From an uncultured Bacillota bacterium (lineage in GTDB: Bacteria; Bacillota; Clostridia; Peptostreptococcales; Anaerovoracaceae): a stretch of DNA of 64,000 bases. Positions within the stretch are counted from its first letter, which is position 1. Every line of letters begins with the position of its first letter. Position numbers and translations under genes: made by a program. The stretch is taken from positions 1,313 to 65,312 of the forward strand of contig CASFMJ010000110.1 of NCBI GenBank assembly GCA_949295785.1, read 5' to 3'. Below are positions 47,958 to 57,493 of this stretch, piece by piece. The notes under the pieces are model-generated. The model was not told the DNA's origin. It searched no databases and saw only the letters and a list, made by a program, of their open reading frames with translations.

Positions 47958-47983
47958 TGGAAGAATAAATGAAAGGGAGGACC

Positions 47984-48943
47984 ATGGAAGAATTGCGAAT
48001 AGGCAACCTGATACTGGACAATCCCTTTTTTCTTGCGCCTCTTGCGGGTATAACCGATGCACCGATGAGAAGGTTATGCAAGGAACAAGGAGCAGCGCTG
48101 GTTTTCAGTGAAATGATCAGTGCCAAAGGTCTCTGGTATGGGGATAAAAATACATCAAGGCTACTTAAGCTTTATGATGATGAAAAACCTGTAGCCTTTC
48201 AGATATTTGGCCATGAGCCTGAAGTGATGGCCTTTGCAGCAAGGGAACTTTCAAAGCTTACTTGTGCTGCCATCGATATAAATATGGGATGTCCCGTTCC
48301 CAAGATAGTGAGGAACAATGAGGGATCTGCTCTTCTGAAAAATCCGGAGCTGGTATATGATGTGGTGGCAGCTGTCGTGAAGAACTCTGATAAGCCTGTG
48401 ACAGTGAAAATAAGATCAGGATGGGATGAAGAATCAATAAACGCAGTTGAGATATCCCATGCAATTTCGGCTGCAGGGGCGTCAGCAATAACGGTCCATG
48501 GCAGGACTCGTCAGCAGTATTACAGCGGAAATGCTGACTGGGATATAATAGCTGATGTAAAAAGGGCTGTAAACATACCTGTGGTTGGAAACGGTGATGT
48601 GGTTTCTGCAGAAAGTGCTCTTGATATGATCAGAAAGACAGGCTGCGATTTTGTTATGATAGGACGCGGAGCATTGGGGAATCCATGGATATTTAAAGAG
48701 GTGACTGCCGCATGGAAGGGTGAGAAGATGCCTGTGCCCCCTTCGAAAGAAGATAAGAAACACATGATGCTGCGCCATCTTGATGATCTGGCAGATCTGA
48801 AAGGAGCGTATGCGGCAGTACGTGAAATGAGAAAACATGTAGGGTGGTATACAAGAGGGCTGCCCGGTGCAGCAGCATTCAGAAAAACGGTAAATAACAT
48901 AACCGATATAAATGATCTGCGAGATGCTATAAAAAATATATGA
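47984..48943 (+). CDS. dusB: tRNA-dihydrouridine synthase B
   Basis: LAPLAGITD, DINMGCP, VHGRT, GNGDV, VMIGRG; SD GGGAGG. Confidence 0.93.
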   Translation: MEELRIGNLILDNPFFLAPLAGITDAPMRRLCKEQGAALVFSEMISAKGLWYGDKNTSRLLKLYDDEKPVAFQIFGHEPEVMAFAARELSKLTCAAIDINMGCPVPKIVRNNEGSALLKNPELVYDVVAAVVKNSDKPVTVKIRSGWDEESINAVEISHAISAAGASAITVHGRTRQQYYSGNADWDIIADVKRAVNIPVVGNGDVVSAESALDMIRKTGCDFVMIGRGALGNPWIFKEVTAAWKGEKMPVPPSKEDKKHMMLRHLDDLADLKGAYAAVREMRKHVGWYTRGLPGAAAFRKTVNNITDINDLRDAIKNI

Positions 48944-48962
48944 CATATAAGGAGGTAAAACC

Positions 48963-50174
48963 ATGAATTATGATTTTGACGAGATCATTGAGAGACGAAA
49001 TACTAATGCTTTGAACACTGATGGATTCAGAGGATACATATTCAATGCGGGCCCAGAGAAAGTGTTTCCTTATAAGGATGAAGAATTCATCCGCATGTGG
49101 GTGGCTGACATGGAATTTGCCACACCTGCTGTCATATGTGAAGCTATGAAGAAACGAATTGATAAAAGAATATTTGGTTATACCGTTGTACTTGATTCAG
49201 AGTATTATGATATATTCTCCAAATGGTGCAAAGACATGTATGACTGGCAGTTTCCTCAGGAGCAGCTTAAATTCTCAGCAGGAATAATACCGGCCCTTTA
49301 TCAGTTTGTTGAAGACTTCTGTAAGCCGGATAAAAAGGTACTTACACTGACTCCTGCATATGGATATTTTCTTCATGCGGCTGAATATAACGGTGTTGAA
49401 CTGGTGACATCTGATCTTAAAAATGATAACGGATATTTTACAATTGACTTTGACGATCTGGAAAAGAAAGCGCAAGATCCTGATGTGACCATGCTCATGT
49501 GGTGCAATCCGCATAATCCGACAGGTCGTGTGTGGACTGGTGAAGAACTGAAGAAGGTGGCTGAAATTGCGGAAAAATATGATTTATGGGTAGTTTCTGA
49601 CGAAATCCATTGTGATCTTCTGCGCCAGGGTATACATCACACTCCTATGGCTAAGATGATGCCCGATTATGACAAGCTTATAACATGTATGTCTGCAAGC
49701 AAGACATTTAACATGGCCGGTCTGATGCATTCCAATATAATAATCAGAAATAAAGAGTACAGAGAATATTTTGCCTCAAGAGATAAACTTATAGGAGCTG
49801 TAAATCCTGTTTCATTTGAAGCTCATAAGGCAGCATACCGGGAAGGCGGAGAGTGGCTTGATCAGCTTAAAACATATCTGGACGGCAATTTTAAGATGAT
49901 GAAGGAGCATTTTGAAAAGAATGCACCGGAGGTCAAGTGCTATGTACCTGAGGCCACTTATCTGGCATGGGTTGACATGAGCGATGCTCTTGCTGATGTA
50001 AAAGACCTCTGTGACTTTTTCGCCAACAAGGCAGGTGTATTGCTTGAGGGTGGAAACTCCTTGTTCGTAGGAAATGCGGAAGGCTTTATAAGACTGAATC
50101 TGGCTATGCCCAGAGCAACACTTGAAGAAGGCCTCAGGCGTATGACTGATGCCATAAAAGAGCATTGTAAGTAA
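48963..50174 (+). CDS. MalY/PatB-family PLP-dependent C-S lyase (cystathionine beta-lyase-like)
   Basis: MWVADMEF, CNPHNPTG, SDEIHCD, SASKTFNMAG, FIRLNLA. Confidence 0.9.
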   Translation: MNYDFDEIIERRNTNALNTDGFRGYIFNAGPEKVFPYKDEEFIRMWVADMEFATPAVICEAMKKRIDKRIFGYTVVLDSEYYDIFSKWCKDMYDWQFPQEQLKFSAGIIPALYQFVEDFCKPDKKVLTLTPAYGYFLHAAEYNGVELVTSDLKNDNGYFTIDFDDLEKKAQDPDVTMLMWCNPHNPTGRVWTGEELKKVAEIAEKYDLWVVSDEIHCDLLRQGIHHTPMAKMMPDYDKLITCMSASKTFNMAGLMHSNIIIRNKEYREYFASRDKLIGAVNPVSFEAHKAAYREGGEWLDQLKTYLDGNFKMMKEHFEKNAPEVKCYVPEATYLAWVDMSDALADVKDLCDFFANKAGVLLEGGNSLFVGNAEGFIRLNLAMPRATLEEGLRRMTDAIKEHCK

Positions 50175-50384
50175 TATAATGATGTATAAGGGATATGCAG
50201 ACAACTGAAGTGATATAATGCATATCCCTTTTGAAAAGATAAACAGAATCCCCTAAAATGCAGATAACAGTACTGCTGTGAAAATGACAGCTGATATTGG
50301 ACCGGAAAAGATTACTGGTATCTGCCGTTTATTCAGACAAATAAAATTATAGAAAAATAAAGTCCTGATAAAAAGGAGGAGAAC

Positions 50385-51314
50385 ATGAAAAAACAAGAAC
50401 TGCAGATGATTTCGGATTGTGACGGACTGCCGCTTTCCGTAATGATATTTGAGCCTGAAACAGAAGAGGGATCAGTTAAGGGAGTTGTTCAGATATCACA
50501 CGGAATGGCAGAACATAAAGAGAGATACTATCCATTCATGGAGTTTCTTGCAGAAAACGGCTATGCATCGGTAATAAACGATCACAGAGGCCATGGAAAA
50601 AGTGTGAGAGAAAAAGAAGACAAAGGATACTTTTATGATGACACAGCCGAGTATGTGGTAGCTGATCTTCATCAGATAACTGCAGCTATAAGAAAAATGT
50701 TTCCGCAAAAACCGCTCTGCCTTTTCGGACACAGCATGGGTTCTCTCATAGTAAGAAAATACATAAAAAAATACGATTTTGAAATAGAAAAACTTGTGGT
50801 ATGTGGATCGCCAAGCAAAAATCCGATGGTAGGAGCAGCGCTGCTGATTGTAGGTGTGCAAAAGGTTTTCAAGGGAGAACGGCACAGGAGCCGGCTGATA
50901 CAGAAACTGGCATTCGGCAGCTACAATAAAAACATAAAGAACCCGGTTTCTTCTACAGCATGGCTATCGGCCAACGAAGACAATGTGAAAGCATATGATA
51001 AGGATGAAGACTGCGGTTATATCTTTACTCTTAATGGTTTTAAAAATCTTTTTACATTGCTGAAAGAAGTATATAAACCCGGAGGGTGGGTAATGAAAAA
51101 TAAAGATCTTCCTATTTTCTTCGTAGCAGGGGAAGATGATCCGGTAACTGTAAGTCCCAAAGAGTGGCAGGCAAGCATGAGTTTTTTGAGAAATCTGGGA
51201 TATAATAATGTTTCGGGGAAAATGTACACCGGTCTTAGGCATGAAATACTCAACGAAAAACAGGCACGAACAGTTTATGAAGATATTCTGACTTTTATTG
51301 AAAACGGAAATTAA
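50385..51314 (+). CDS. Alpha/beta hydrolase, lysophospholipase-like
   Basis: HGMAEH, DHRGHG, GHSMG nucleophile, GEDDPV, RHEILNE. Confidence 0.9.
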   Translation: MKKQELQMISDCDGLPLSVMIFEPETEEGSVKGVVQISHGMAEHKERYYPFMEFLAENGYASVINDHRGHGKSVREKEDKGYFYDDTAEYVVADLHQITAAIRKMFPQKPLCLFGHSMGSLIVRKYIKKYDFEIEKLVVCGSPSKNPMVGAALLIVGVQKVFKGERHRSRLIQKLAFGSYNKNIKNPVSSTAWLSANEDNVKAYDKDEDCGYIFTLNGFKNLFTLLKEVYKPGGWVMKNKDLPIFFVAGEDDPVTVSPKEWQASMSFLRNLGYNNVSGKMYTGLRHEILNEKQARTVYEDILTFIENGN

Positions 51315-51317
51315 CCG

Positions 51318-51346
51318 TTGCCCTGTGATAATGGACATGGTATACT
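51318..51346 (+). promoter_or_regulatory. Sigma-A promoter with extended -10
   Basis: TTGCCC-N17-TATACT with TG at the extended position. Confidence 0.55.
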
Positions 51347-51376
51347 TTAGAAAAAGACATACAAGGGGGTATACAG

Positions 51377-51466
51377 ATGAAAAAAAGAATTCTGCCCATA
51401 CTGCTGATAACTGTGGCTGTTGCCGCTCTTATTGCTTACAAGGGAGATGAAAATGAGGCCGAATAA
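51377..51466 (+). CDS. Small hydrophobic peptide, 29 aa (not in ORF track)
   Basis: MKKRILPILLITVAVAALIAYKGDENEAE; SD-like AAGGGGG; promoter directly upstream. Confidence 0.5.
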   Translation: MKKRILPILLITVAVAALIAYKGDENEAE

Positions 51467-51493
51467 TTTATTGTATCAGCCTTAAAAAAGAAA

Positions 51494-51536
51494 AGTGAGT
51501 TCGAGACCTTCCTCACTATAAACAAAACTAAAGGAG
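51494..51536 (+). ncRNA. PreQ1 class I riboswitch, probably translational
   Basis: AGTGAG-TTCGAGACCTTC-CTCACT stem-loop, A-rich tail ATAAACAAAACTAA running into SD AGGAG of queT. Confidence 0.85.
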
Positions 51537-51541
51537 CAAAT

Positions 51542-52012
51542 ATGAAAGAAAAAATCTTATATCTTACAAGGGCTGCTCTTATTGCGGCCTTTTACGTTGT
51601 ATTGACATTTGTGTCTCAGTTTTTTGGACTGGCAAGCGGAGTGATACAGTTCAGGCTTTCGGAAGCCCTTACTTGCATGCCGCTGTTTTATAAAGAGGCA
51701 GTGCCCGGTCTTGCGGTAGGGTGTGTTCTTGCCAATCTGCTTACGGGATGTGCCCTGTGGGACATAGTTTTCGGTTCTCTTGCGACTTTTTTAGGTGCAG
51801 TGGGAACTTATTACATAGGGAGAAAAAAACCGGTCATGGGACCCGTTTTTCCCATAATTTCCAATATGATTATAGTTCCGTTGGTACTTCAGAATGTTTA
51901 CGGAGCTACAGACAGTTACTGGTTTTTAATGTTGACGGTAGGTGCAGGTGAAATAGTCTGCTGCGGTATTCTCGGTATGGCATTGTACAAAGCCTATAAG
52001 AAAGTGGCATAA
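51542..52012 (+). CDS. queT: QueT-family queuosine precursor transporter S component
   Basis: AALIAAFYVVLT, IQFRLSEAL, GLAVGCVLAN, DIVFGSLAT, VGAGE; preQ1 riboswitch upstream. Confidence 0.9.
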   Translation: MKEKILYLTRAALIAAFYVVLTFVSQFFGLASGVIQFRLSEALTCMPLFYKEAVPGLAVGCVLANLLTGCALWDIVFGSLATFLGAVGTYYIGRKKPVMGPVFPIISNMIIVPLVLQNVYGATDSYWFLMLTVGAGEIVCCGILGMALYKAYKKVA

Positions 52013-52065
52013 AATCCGTCATAAAAATATAAAAAAGCATTATATTAATAACAGGAGGTAATATC

Positions 52066-52266
52066 ATGGCTGTCAGATTAAATGAAAATAAGGAAATAGT
52101 TGAAGGTATAAAAGAAGGTCTGAAAAAGACAGGTGGATATTGCCCGTGCAGGGTTGAAAGAACAGAGGATACAAAGTGTATCTGCAAGGAATTTAAGGAG
52201 CAGATAGCTGATCCGGACTTCGAGGGGTACTGCCACTGCATGTTATATTATAAAAGCAAAGAGTAA
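52066..52266 (+). CDS. Minimal ferredoxin-thioredoxin reductase catalytic-chain-like protein
   Basis: GYCPC, CICKEF, CHCMLY motifs in 66 aa; SD AGGAGGT. Confidence 0.8.
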   Translation: MAVRLNENKEIVEGIKEGLKKTGGYCPCRVERTEDTKCICKEFKEQIADPDFEGYCHCMLYYKSKE

Positions 52267-52272
52267 TAAATT

Positions 52273-52324
52273 AAAACACGGTTTTTTACAGGTCATGTTA
52301 TCCTGCAAAAGACCGTGCTTTTTT
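52273..52324. terminator. Bidirectional terminator
   Basis: CACGGTTTTTTACAGG-N9-CCTGCAAAAGACCGTG with flanking A- and T-tracts. Confidence 0.65.
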
Positions 52325-52733
52325 ATTCCTCAATTCCAAGAAGATATTTATCCAGAAGCTCTACAGCATCTTCTATACAGCCATTGCAGCTGCGAAGAGG
52401 AGTACCTGTATCCACCCCTTTGAGCTGACTGCATATTATTGAAGAATTTTTCTCTTTAAATTCTTTTATAAGAGTTTTCATGATATTATAGCATTCCCGT
52501 TTGGTTTTTGGTGAGTCAAGTTGGCCGTCACTGAGTTTCATACCGGTGACAAGTGCCATAGCAGAAACTGCACCGCATGTTTCCATTGTGCCCATGCCAA
52601 ATCCAAATGCTTCTGCATGCCTGAACACGGTCACAGGATCTGCACCCATAACGTGACAGAATGAACATGCCACAGACTGGGCACAGTTGAAACCTTTTCC
52701 ATGAAGCATCACTGCCATTTCTTTTCTGTTCAT
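52323..52733 (-). CDS. C-GCAxxG-C-C family putative redox protein
   Basis: GFNCAQSV, FGFGMG..ETCGAVS, IICSQLKG, CNGCIEDA; start ATG 52733 after AGGAG. Confidence 0.85.
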   Translation of the reverse strand: MNRKEMAVMLHGKGFNCAQSVACSFCHVMGADPVTVFRHAEAFGFGMGTMETCGAVSAMALVTGMKLSDGQLDSPKTKRECYNIMKTLIKEFKEKNSSIICSQLKGVDTGTPLRSCNGCIEDAVELLDKYLLGIEE

Positions 52734-52741
52734 TTTTTCTC

Positions 52742-53614
52742 CTATCTGACAATAAACTTGGGATTTTTCTTTTTTATGTCCGGGTCTTTTATAACGCAAT
52801 CGGGTTTTGATTCCAGAAGACTCGGATCTGAATAATATTTTTTCAGTTCTTTAAAACATCTGCTGTAATAATGGCCGTCGGCTATACGCTCATCGGTAGT
52901 TATACCCAGTTCCATAACCTTATGTTCTTCTATCAGTTCTCCGTTTTTAAAAAGTTTTTTAATAGGAAGTCCCAAAGATACGAATACTCCTGTAGTGCCG
53001 AACTGATAAAGATGATGATACGCAGCGCCTGCTCTTATGGAAGCCAGGTTTGTGACAAACAGTGAAGTATGAAAGGGACTGGCATCTACAATGGAAAAAG
53101 GCAAGGCGAAATATTTATCTAAAAATTTGAAAAAACCTACTGCCGCACTGAGGAGAAAAGGAATTCTGACCAGTTTTTTCGCCAGTTTATCCATAGAAGA
53201 TTCCGCTCCATCCTCCTGGGCCTTTTCAACAGCCTCACTGATTTTTCTGTTTACAGTAAAAATATCGTCATCCAGATTGAAATAAATTTTGGTCACCGTA
53301 CTGCTGGTTTTACTTTGAGTAAGGGTGACGAAAGAAATACAGAAATGATTCCTTGCGTAAATACGCTTATTGATGACAAACCGATTAAGATGGGGATTCT
53401 GAGAAACCAGTCTAATATAGCCTGCTATTATTATAGCCATATGGCTCATGGAAATCCCCTTTTGTCTGCAATGCTTGATATAATTCTGAAGAAGATCAAG
53501 ATCAATATCCTGCTTTATGTAATTACTGGCATCATATCTCTTATCCATAACAAAAGCTGCGATCTCATACATTGGATCGTCAGATATTACCCTGTAACCG
53601 TCAGTTCTGTACAT
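52742..53614 (-). CDS. Stand-alone 2-oxoacid dehydrogenase E2 catalytic-domain-like protein
   Basis: PHLNRFV, SPFHTSLFVTNLASI, YHHLYQFGT, TTDERIADG. Confidence 0.75.
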   Translation of the reverse strand: MYRTDGYRVISDDPMYEIAAFVMDKRYDASNYIKQDIDLDLLQNYIKHCRQKGISMSHMAIIIAGYIRLVSQNPHLNRFVINKRIYARNHFCISFVTLTQSKTSSTVTKIYFNLDDDIFTVNRKISEAVEKAQEDGAESSMDKLAKKLVRIPFLLSAAVGFFKFLDKYFALPFSIVDASPFHTSLFVTNLASIRAGAAYHHLYQFGTTGVFVSLGLPIKKLFKNGELIEEHKVMELGITTDERIADGHYYSRCFKELKKYYSDPSLLESKPDCVIKDPDIKKKNPKFIVR

Positions 53615-53758
53615 AAATTTACCCCCAATATGTTTTATGTCGAATGGACACGATTTATTATATAATATTTTTCTAAAGAAAACAAGGGATTGGACTTGCG
53701 GGTAAAATATGCTATAATCTGAAACAGATTACAGTGATCTGACATGCAGGAGAAAAAA

Positions 53759-54841
53759 ATGGAACAGATTCTTTATAAATGTGACGATTTCAAAGTGGGA
53801 AGCTGGGTAGGAGGTTCAGTAAAAGAACTGGCAATATTTCCACATAACGCCCAATATCTTAACAGAGATTTTATATGGCGTATAAGTACCTATGATATGG
53901 AGGCGGAGGAGGCAACCTTTCCCAGGCTTGCTGATTATGACAGAATTCTGGTGGTAACAGAGGGAGAAGCTGTGCTCAGCTATGAAGATGAGCGCATATC
54001 CAGACTTGCAGAATTAGAACAGGACAGTTTTGACGGCCAATGGAAAACCACATGCTTTGGAAAAGTTAAAAGTTTTGATCTTGCAGTACGCAAGGGAAGC
54101 CAAGGGTATGTGGATGTGCTGTTCCCGGAAAAAGAAAGTCGTACATTTCCTGTACCAGCTGCCAGTGAGGCAAAAAATCAGACCCATGCTTTTTTCTGTC
54201 TTGAAGGTTACTGTCTGGTGTCATCGAAAAAAGGCAGCACAATGGTTAAACCGGGACAGATTCTTATCCTCGAATATGAAGATGATGAACCTGCCGATTA
54301 CTCATTGATGGGAGAAGGAAAGATTATCAGGTCTATGATTTTCTTTAATGATATGGAAGAACTGATGGGACCCGAGACAATACCTGCTGAAAAACCTTCT
54401 TTTGATGATTTCAGATGCTGTATATATCTTGCTAATACTCAGTTCAAGTGGGCCCCCTATATTGTAAAGAGCCTGCGTGAAATGTGGTTTACCCAACAGT
54501 TGAGCAAGGCAATCAAAAAAATAGAGAAATTTTATATACCAACACTGGTATTTTTTATAATAGCTATGATCACAGGCATTTTGGTCATGAAGCATGGAGG
54601 AACAGACGGTCAGGTGATATTGGCAATTTTGATATGGTTTGTTATTGATTGTCTGCTTATATCACCGCTTATTTACATGTGTACAGTGCCAAAGCCTGTA
54701 AGAAAGCACATGAAAAAGGTTTCCCAACTGACACCATATGAGCAGCGTATCCGGGAGGAAGAACTGGGGCGCAATGAAAGGTTGGAAAAAATAATGAAAA
54801 AATATAAAAACAGCGGAAAAAACCTTGGGAGAGATGAATGA
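53759..54841 (+). CDS. HutD/Ves-like cupin domain fused to a C-terminal membrane domain
   Basis: W.GG...ELAIFP, FIWRIS, YDRILVV.EG, EQDSFDG; two TMs near the C-terminus. Confidence 0.7.
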   Translation: MEQILYKCDDFKVGSWVGGSVKELAIFPHNAQYLNRDFIWRISTYDMEAEEATFPRLADYDRILVVTEGEAVLSYEDERISRLAELEQDSFDGQWKTTCFGKVKSFDLAVRKGSQGYVDVLFPEKESRTFPVPAASEAKNQTHAFFCLEGYCLVSSKKGSTMVKPGQILILEYEDDEPADYSLMGEGKIIRSMIFFNDMEELMGPETIPAEKPSFDDFRCCIYLANTQFKWAPYIVKSLREMWFTQQLSKAIKKIEKFYIPTLVFFIIAMITGILVMKHGGTDGQVILAILIWFVIDCLLISPLIYMCTVPKPVRKHMKKVSQLTPYEQRIREEELGRNERLEKIMKKYKNSGKNLGRDE

Positions 54842-55875
54842 TGGTAAATGACAAAAAGATGCTTAAACTGGCGCTGCTGGGATTTGGAAATGCCGGAAGG
54901 GCATTTGCATCGCTGCTTCTTGATAAACATGAAGAAATAATAAGGATGTATGGATATGATATTGTAGTAAGTGCCATAGCCACCAGAAGCAAAGGAGCCC
55001 TCGTTGATCCTGAGGGGATAAATCTTGGAAAAGCCCTTGAAGATATGGAGAACACAGGAAGATTCACGGCGGGGGCAGCTGATATATCTTCAATGGATAT
55101 AGCAGAGAAAGCCGACTATGACGTACTGGTGGAAATGACGCCTCTTAATATTTTCACAGGGCAGCCGGCCATTTCACATATAGAAGCAGCATTCGACCGG
55201 GGCAAAGATGTGATAACGGCCAATAAAGGTCCTATCGCGTGGAGATTTGCATATTTAAAGGATAAGGCTGCGAAGTGTGGCTGTCGCTTTTACTATGAGA
55301 CCACAGTCATGGATGGCACACCTGTTTTCAATCTGGCTGAGAAAACACTTATGATGGCCCGCGTGACAGAAGTATCGGGAATTTTGAACAGCACCACCAA
55401 CTTCATACTGGAGGAGATGGCTAAAGGCGCCGACTACGATGATATAATTGCAAGGGGAAGAAAAATGGGATTCATAGAAGCCGATGCCTCTATGGACATC
55501 GAAGGATATGACGCGGCAGCCAAAATAACTGCCTTGCTCAATGTTCTTATGGATGCGGATATTACTCCTGACATGGTGGAACGTAAAGGTATTGAGGATA
55601 TAACTGTTGAAGACATAAAAGAAGCAGCCTCAAGAAATTGTGTGATAAAACTTATGTGCAGAGGGTACAGAGACAAGGACGGAACGGTAAAAGCTGCAGT
55701 CCGGCCTGAGCAAGTGCCTGAGGGCAGCCTGCCGGCATGTATAGGCAGTACAACTTCTGTAGTTTCCATAACAACGGATCTGATGAAGACGGTTTCTGTT
55801 ATAGAACATGAACCTGAGATAGAGCAGACAGCCTATGGCATATTTGGAGATATGCTGAGGGTGATAACTGAATAA
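54838..55875 (+). CDS. hom: Homoserine dehydrogenase (no ACT domain)
   Basis: GFGNAG, VITANKGP, YETTVMDGTP, GILNSTTNFIL, EADASMDIEGYDAAAK. Confidence 0.88.
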   Translation: MMVNDKKMLKLALLGFGNAGRAFASLLLDKHEEIIRMYGYDIVVSAIATRSKGALVDPEGINLGKALEDMENTGRFTAGAADISSMDIAEKADYDVLVEMTPLNIFTGQPAISHIEAAFDRGKDVITANKGPIAWRFAYLKDKAAKCGCRFYYETTVMDGTPVFNLAEKTLMMARVTEVSGILNSTTNFILEEMAKGADYDDIIARGRKMGFIEADASMDIEGYDAAAKITALLNVLMDADITPDMVERKGIEDITVEDIKEAASRNCVIKLMCRGYRDKDGTVKAAVRPEQVPEGSLPACIGSTTSVVSITTDLMKTVSVIEHEPEIEQTAYGIFGDMLRVITE

Positions 55876-55890
55876 CAGGATACTAAGATC

Positions 55891-55916
55891 AAAAAAGCCT
55901 CTATCAGGAGGCTTTT
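55891..55916. terminator. Bidirectional terminator
   Basis: AAAAGCCTC-N6-GAGGCTTTT. Confidence 0.65.
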
Positions 55917-55996
55917 GAAATTTATATTACACAAATGGATTGTATATTTGCGATATATAATGAAAAACTGCCACTTTAAATGAAATTCTATGGTAA

Positions 55997-57019
55997 TCAA
56001 AGTGCCGCAAGTATGGCATCAACATCAGCATCGGTACTTCCCCAGCTTATAACCAGTCTTATGACAGAACTGTTTTCGTCATAAGGTGCCCATGTATAGA
56101 AAAAGAAATCCTTTTCAAGCTCCTCAATCTTGTCATTGGGAACAATAACAAAGACCTGATTTGTCTGATGAGGGATCCACAGTTTATATCCTTTTTCCTC
56201 AACACCTTTTGCCAGTTTTATTGCCAGCTGATTTTCATGGCGTGAAAGCTGATAATAGAGGGAATCTTCGCCTCCCTCCAAGAGAGCTTTAAGCTGTACG
56301 GCTATCAGACGGCCTTTAGCCAAAAGTGCACAGGCTCTTTTTACCATATAACGAAAATGATCATTGATTTTATCATTGAGGACTACCAGAGCTTCACCGA
56401 AGAGTGCACCGATTTTTGTACCGCCAATGTAGAATGCATCACACATATCAGCGATATCTTCAAGAGAAAGATCATTGCCGGGCCAGGTAAGCGCAGTACC
56501 CAGTCTTGCACCGTCCATGTAAAGGTAAAGATCATTCTTTTTACAGCAGTCAGAAAGTGCTTTCAGTTCTGCCTTGGTATATACTCCGCCGTTTTCCGTA
56601 GGGTGGGTTATGTATACAAGTTTTGGAATCACTGTGTGCTCGTCTTCATGATGAAGCAGAACTTTTTCCACATCAGCAGGACGGAGTTTACCATCCTCTG
56701 TTGGGGCTGCGAAAACACGGTGTCCCATTGCTTCCACTGAACCGGTCTCATGGACATATATATGGCCGGAAGCTGCCGAGATAGCCCCCTCATATGGTCT
56801 GAGAGCCGCGGCAATTGTTATGGTGTTGGTGGGTGTTCCGCCGACCATAAAATGTATATGAGCGTCGGGTTTACCTATCATACTGCGTATCATGTCGGCG
56901 GTCTCAAAGGAAAATTTATCTTCAGCATATCCGTCTGTATGCTCCATGTTAGTTGCCATCAGTGCATCCATTACCTTGGGATGAGCACCGAGACTGTAGT
57001 CGCTTCTGAAATAGATCAT
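55997..57019 (-). CDS. Low-specificity L-threonine aldolase family PLP enzyme
   Basis: FRSDY..GAHP, GHIYVHETG, PTENG, MDGARL, FYIGGTKIG. Confidence 0.88.
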   Translation of the reverse strand: MIYFRSDYSLGAHPKVMDALMATNMEHTDGYAEDKFSFETADMIRSMIGKPDAHIHFMVGGTPTNTITIAAALRPYEGAISAASGHIYVHETGSVEAMGHRVFAAPTEDGKLRPADVEKVLLHHEDEHTVIPKLVYITHPTENGGVYTKAELKALSDCCKKNDLYLYMDGARLGTALTWPGNDLSLEDIADMCDAFYIGGTKIGALFGEALVVLNDKINDHFRYMVKRACALLAKGRLIAVQLKALLEGGEDSLYYQLSRHENQLAIKLAKGVEEKGYKLWIPHQTNQVFVIVPNDKIEELEKDFFFYTWAPYDENSSVIRLVISWGSTDADVDAILAAL

Positions 57020-57110
57020 TGAAAAAACCTCCCTTGAGTCATATTGATTTATAAGTCAATTATATTGCAGTACAGGTTCTTTTGCAAACAAAAAACGACC
57101 GGGAGGCCGT

Positions 57111-57368
57111 TTATTTTTCTTTTGCAGATCTATATTTTTCTCTGGTGGCCATTCCGCCTCTTAAATGACGTTCAGCCTTGTTATTTTCAAGGACCTCTTT
57201 GACTTCCGAAGCAAGAGCGGCATTTATTTCAAGGAGTCTTTCAGTGACATCTTTATGTACGGTGGACTTACTCACTCTGAATTTTTTAGCCGCAGACCTG
57301 ACAGTAGAATTGGTGTCGATGATATAGTGAGCCAATTCCAGGACTCTCTCCTCTATGTAATCCTTCAT
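57111..57368 (-). CDS. spoIIID: Sporulation transcription regulator SpoIIID
   Basis: YIEERV...TVRSAAKKFRVSKSTVHKDVTERL...ERHLRGGMAT. Confidence 0.95.
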   Translation of the reverse strand: MKDYIEERVLELAHYIIDTNSTVRSAAKKFRVSKSTVHKDVTERLLEINAALASEVKEVLENNKAERHLRGGMATREKYRSAKEK

Positions 57369-57403
57369 TGCAAGACACACGCTCCTTATTTGTTCGTTAA
57401 GAC

Positions 57404-57431
57404 AATATATGCGGCTTACGATAAATTATGA
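57404..57431 (-). promoter_or_regulatory. Candidate sigma-E (mother-cell) promoter of spoIIID
   Basis: Minus strand TCATAAT-N13-CATATATT resembles the SigE consensus, with spacing about one base short. Confidence 0.45.
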
Positions 57432-57493
57432 TGTTGAATTTGATACATAATACAGGTATGATATAAAGGCCGGAAACATACAGGAGATAAAGC

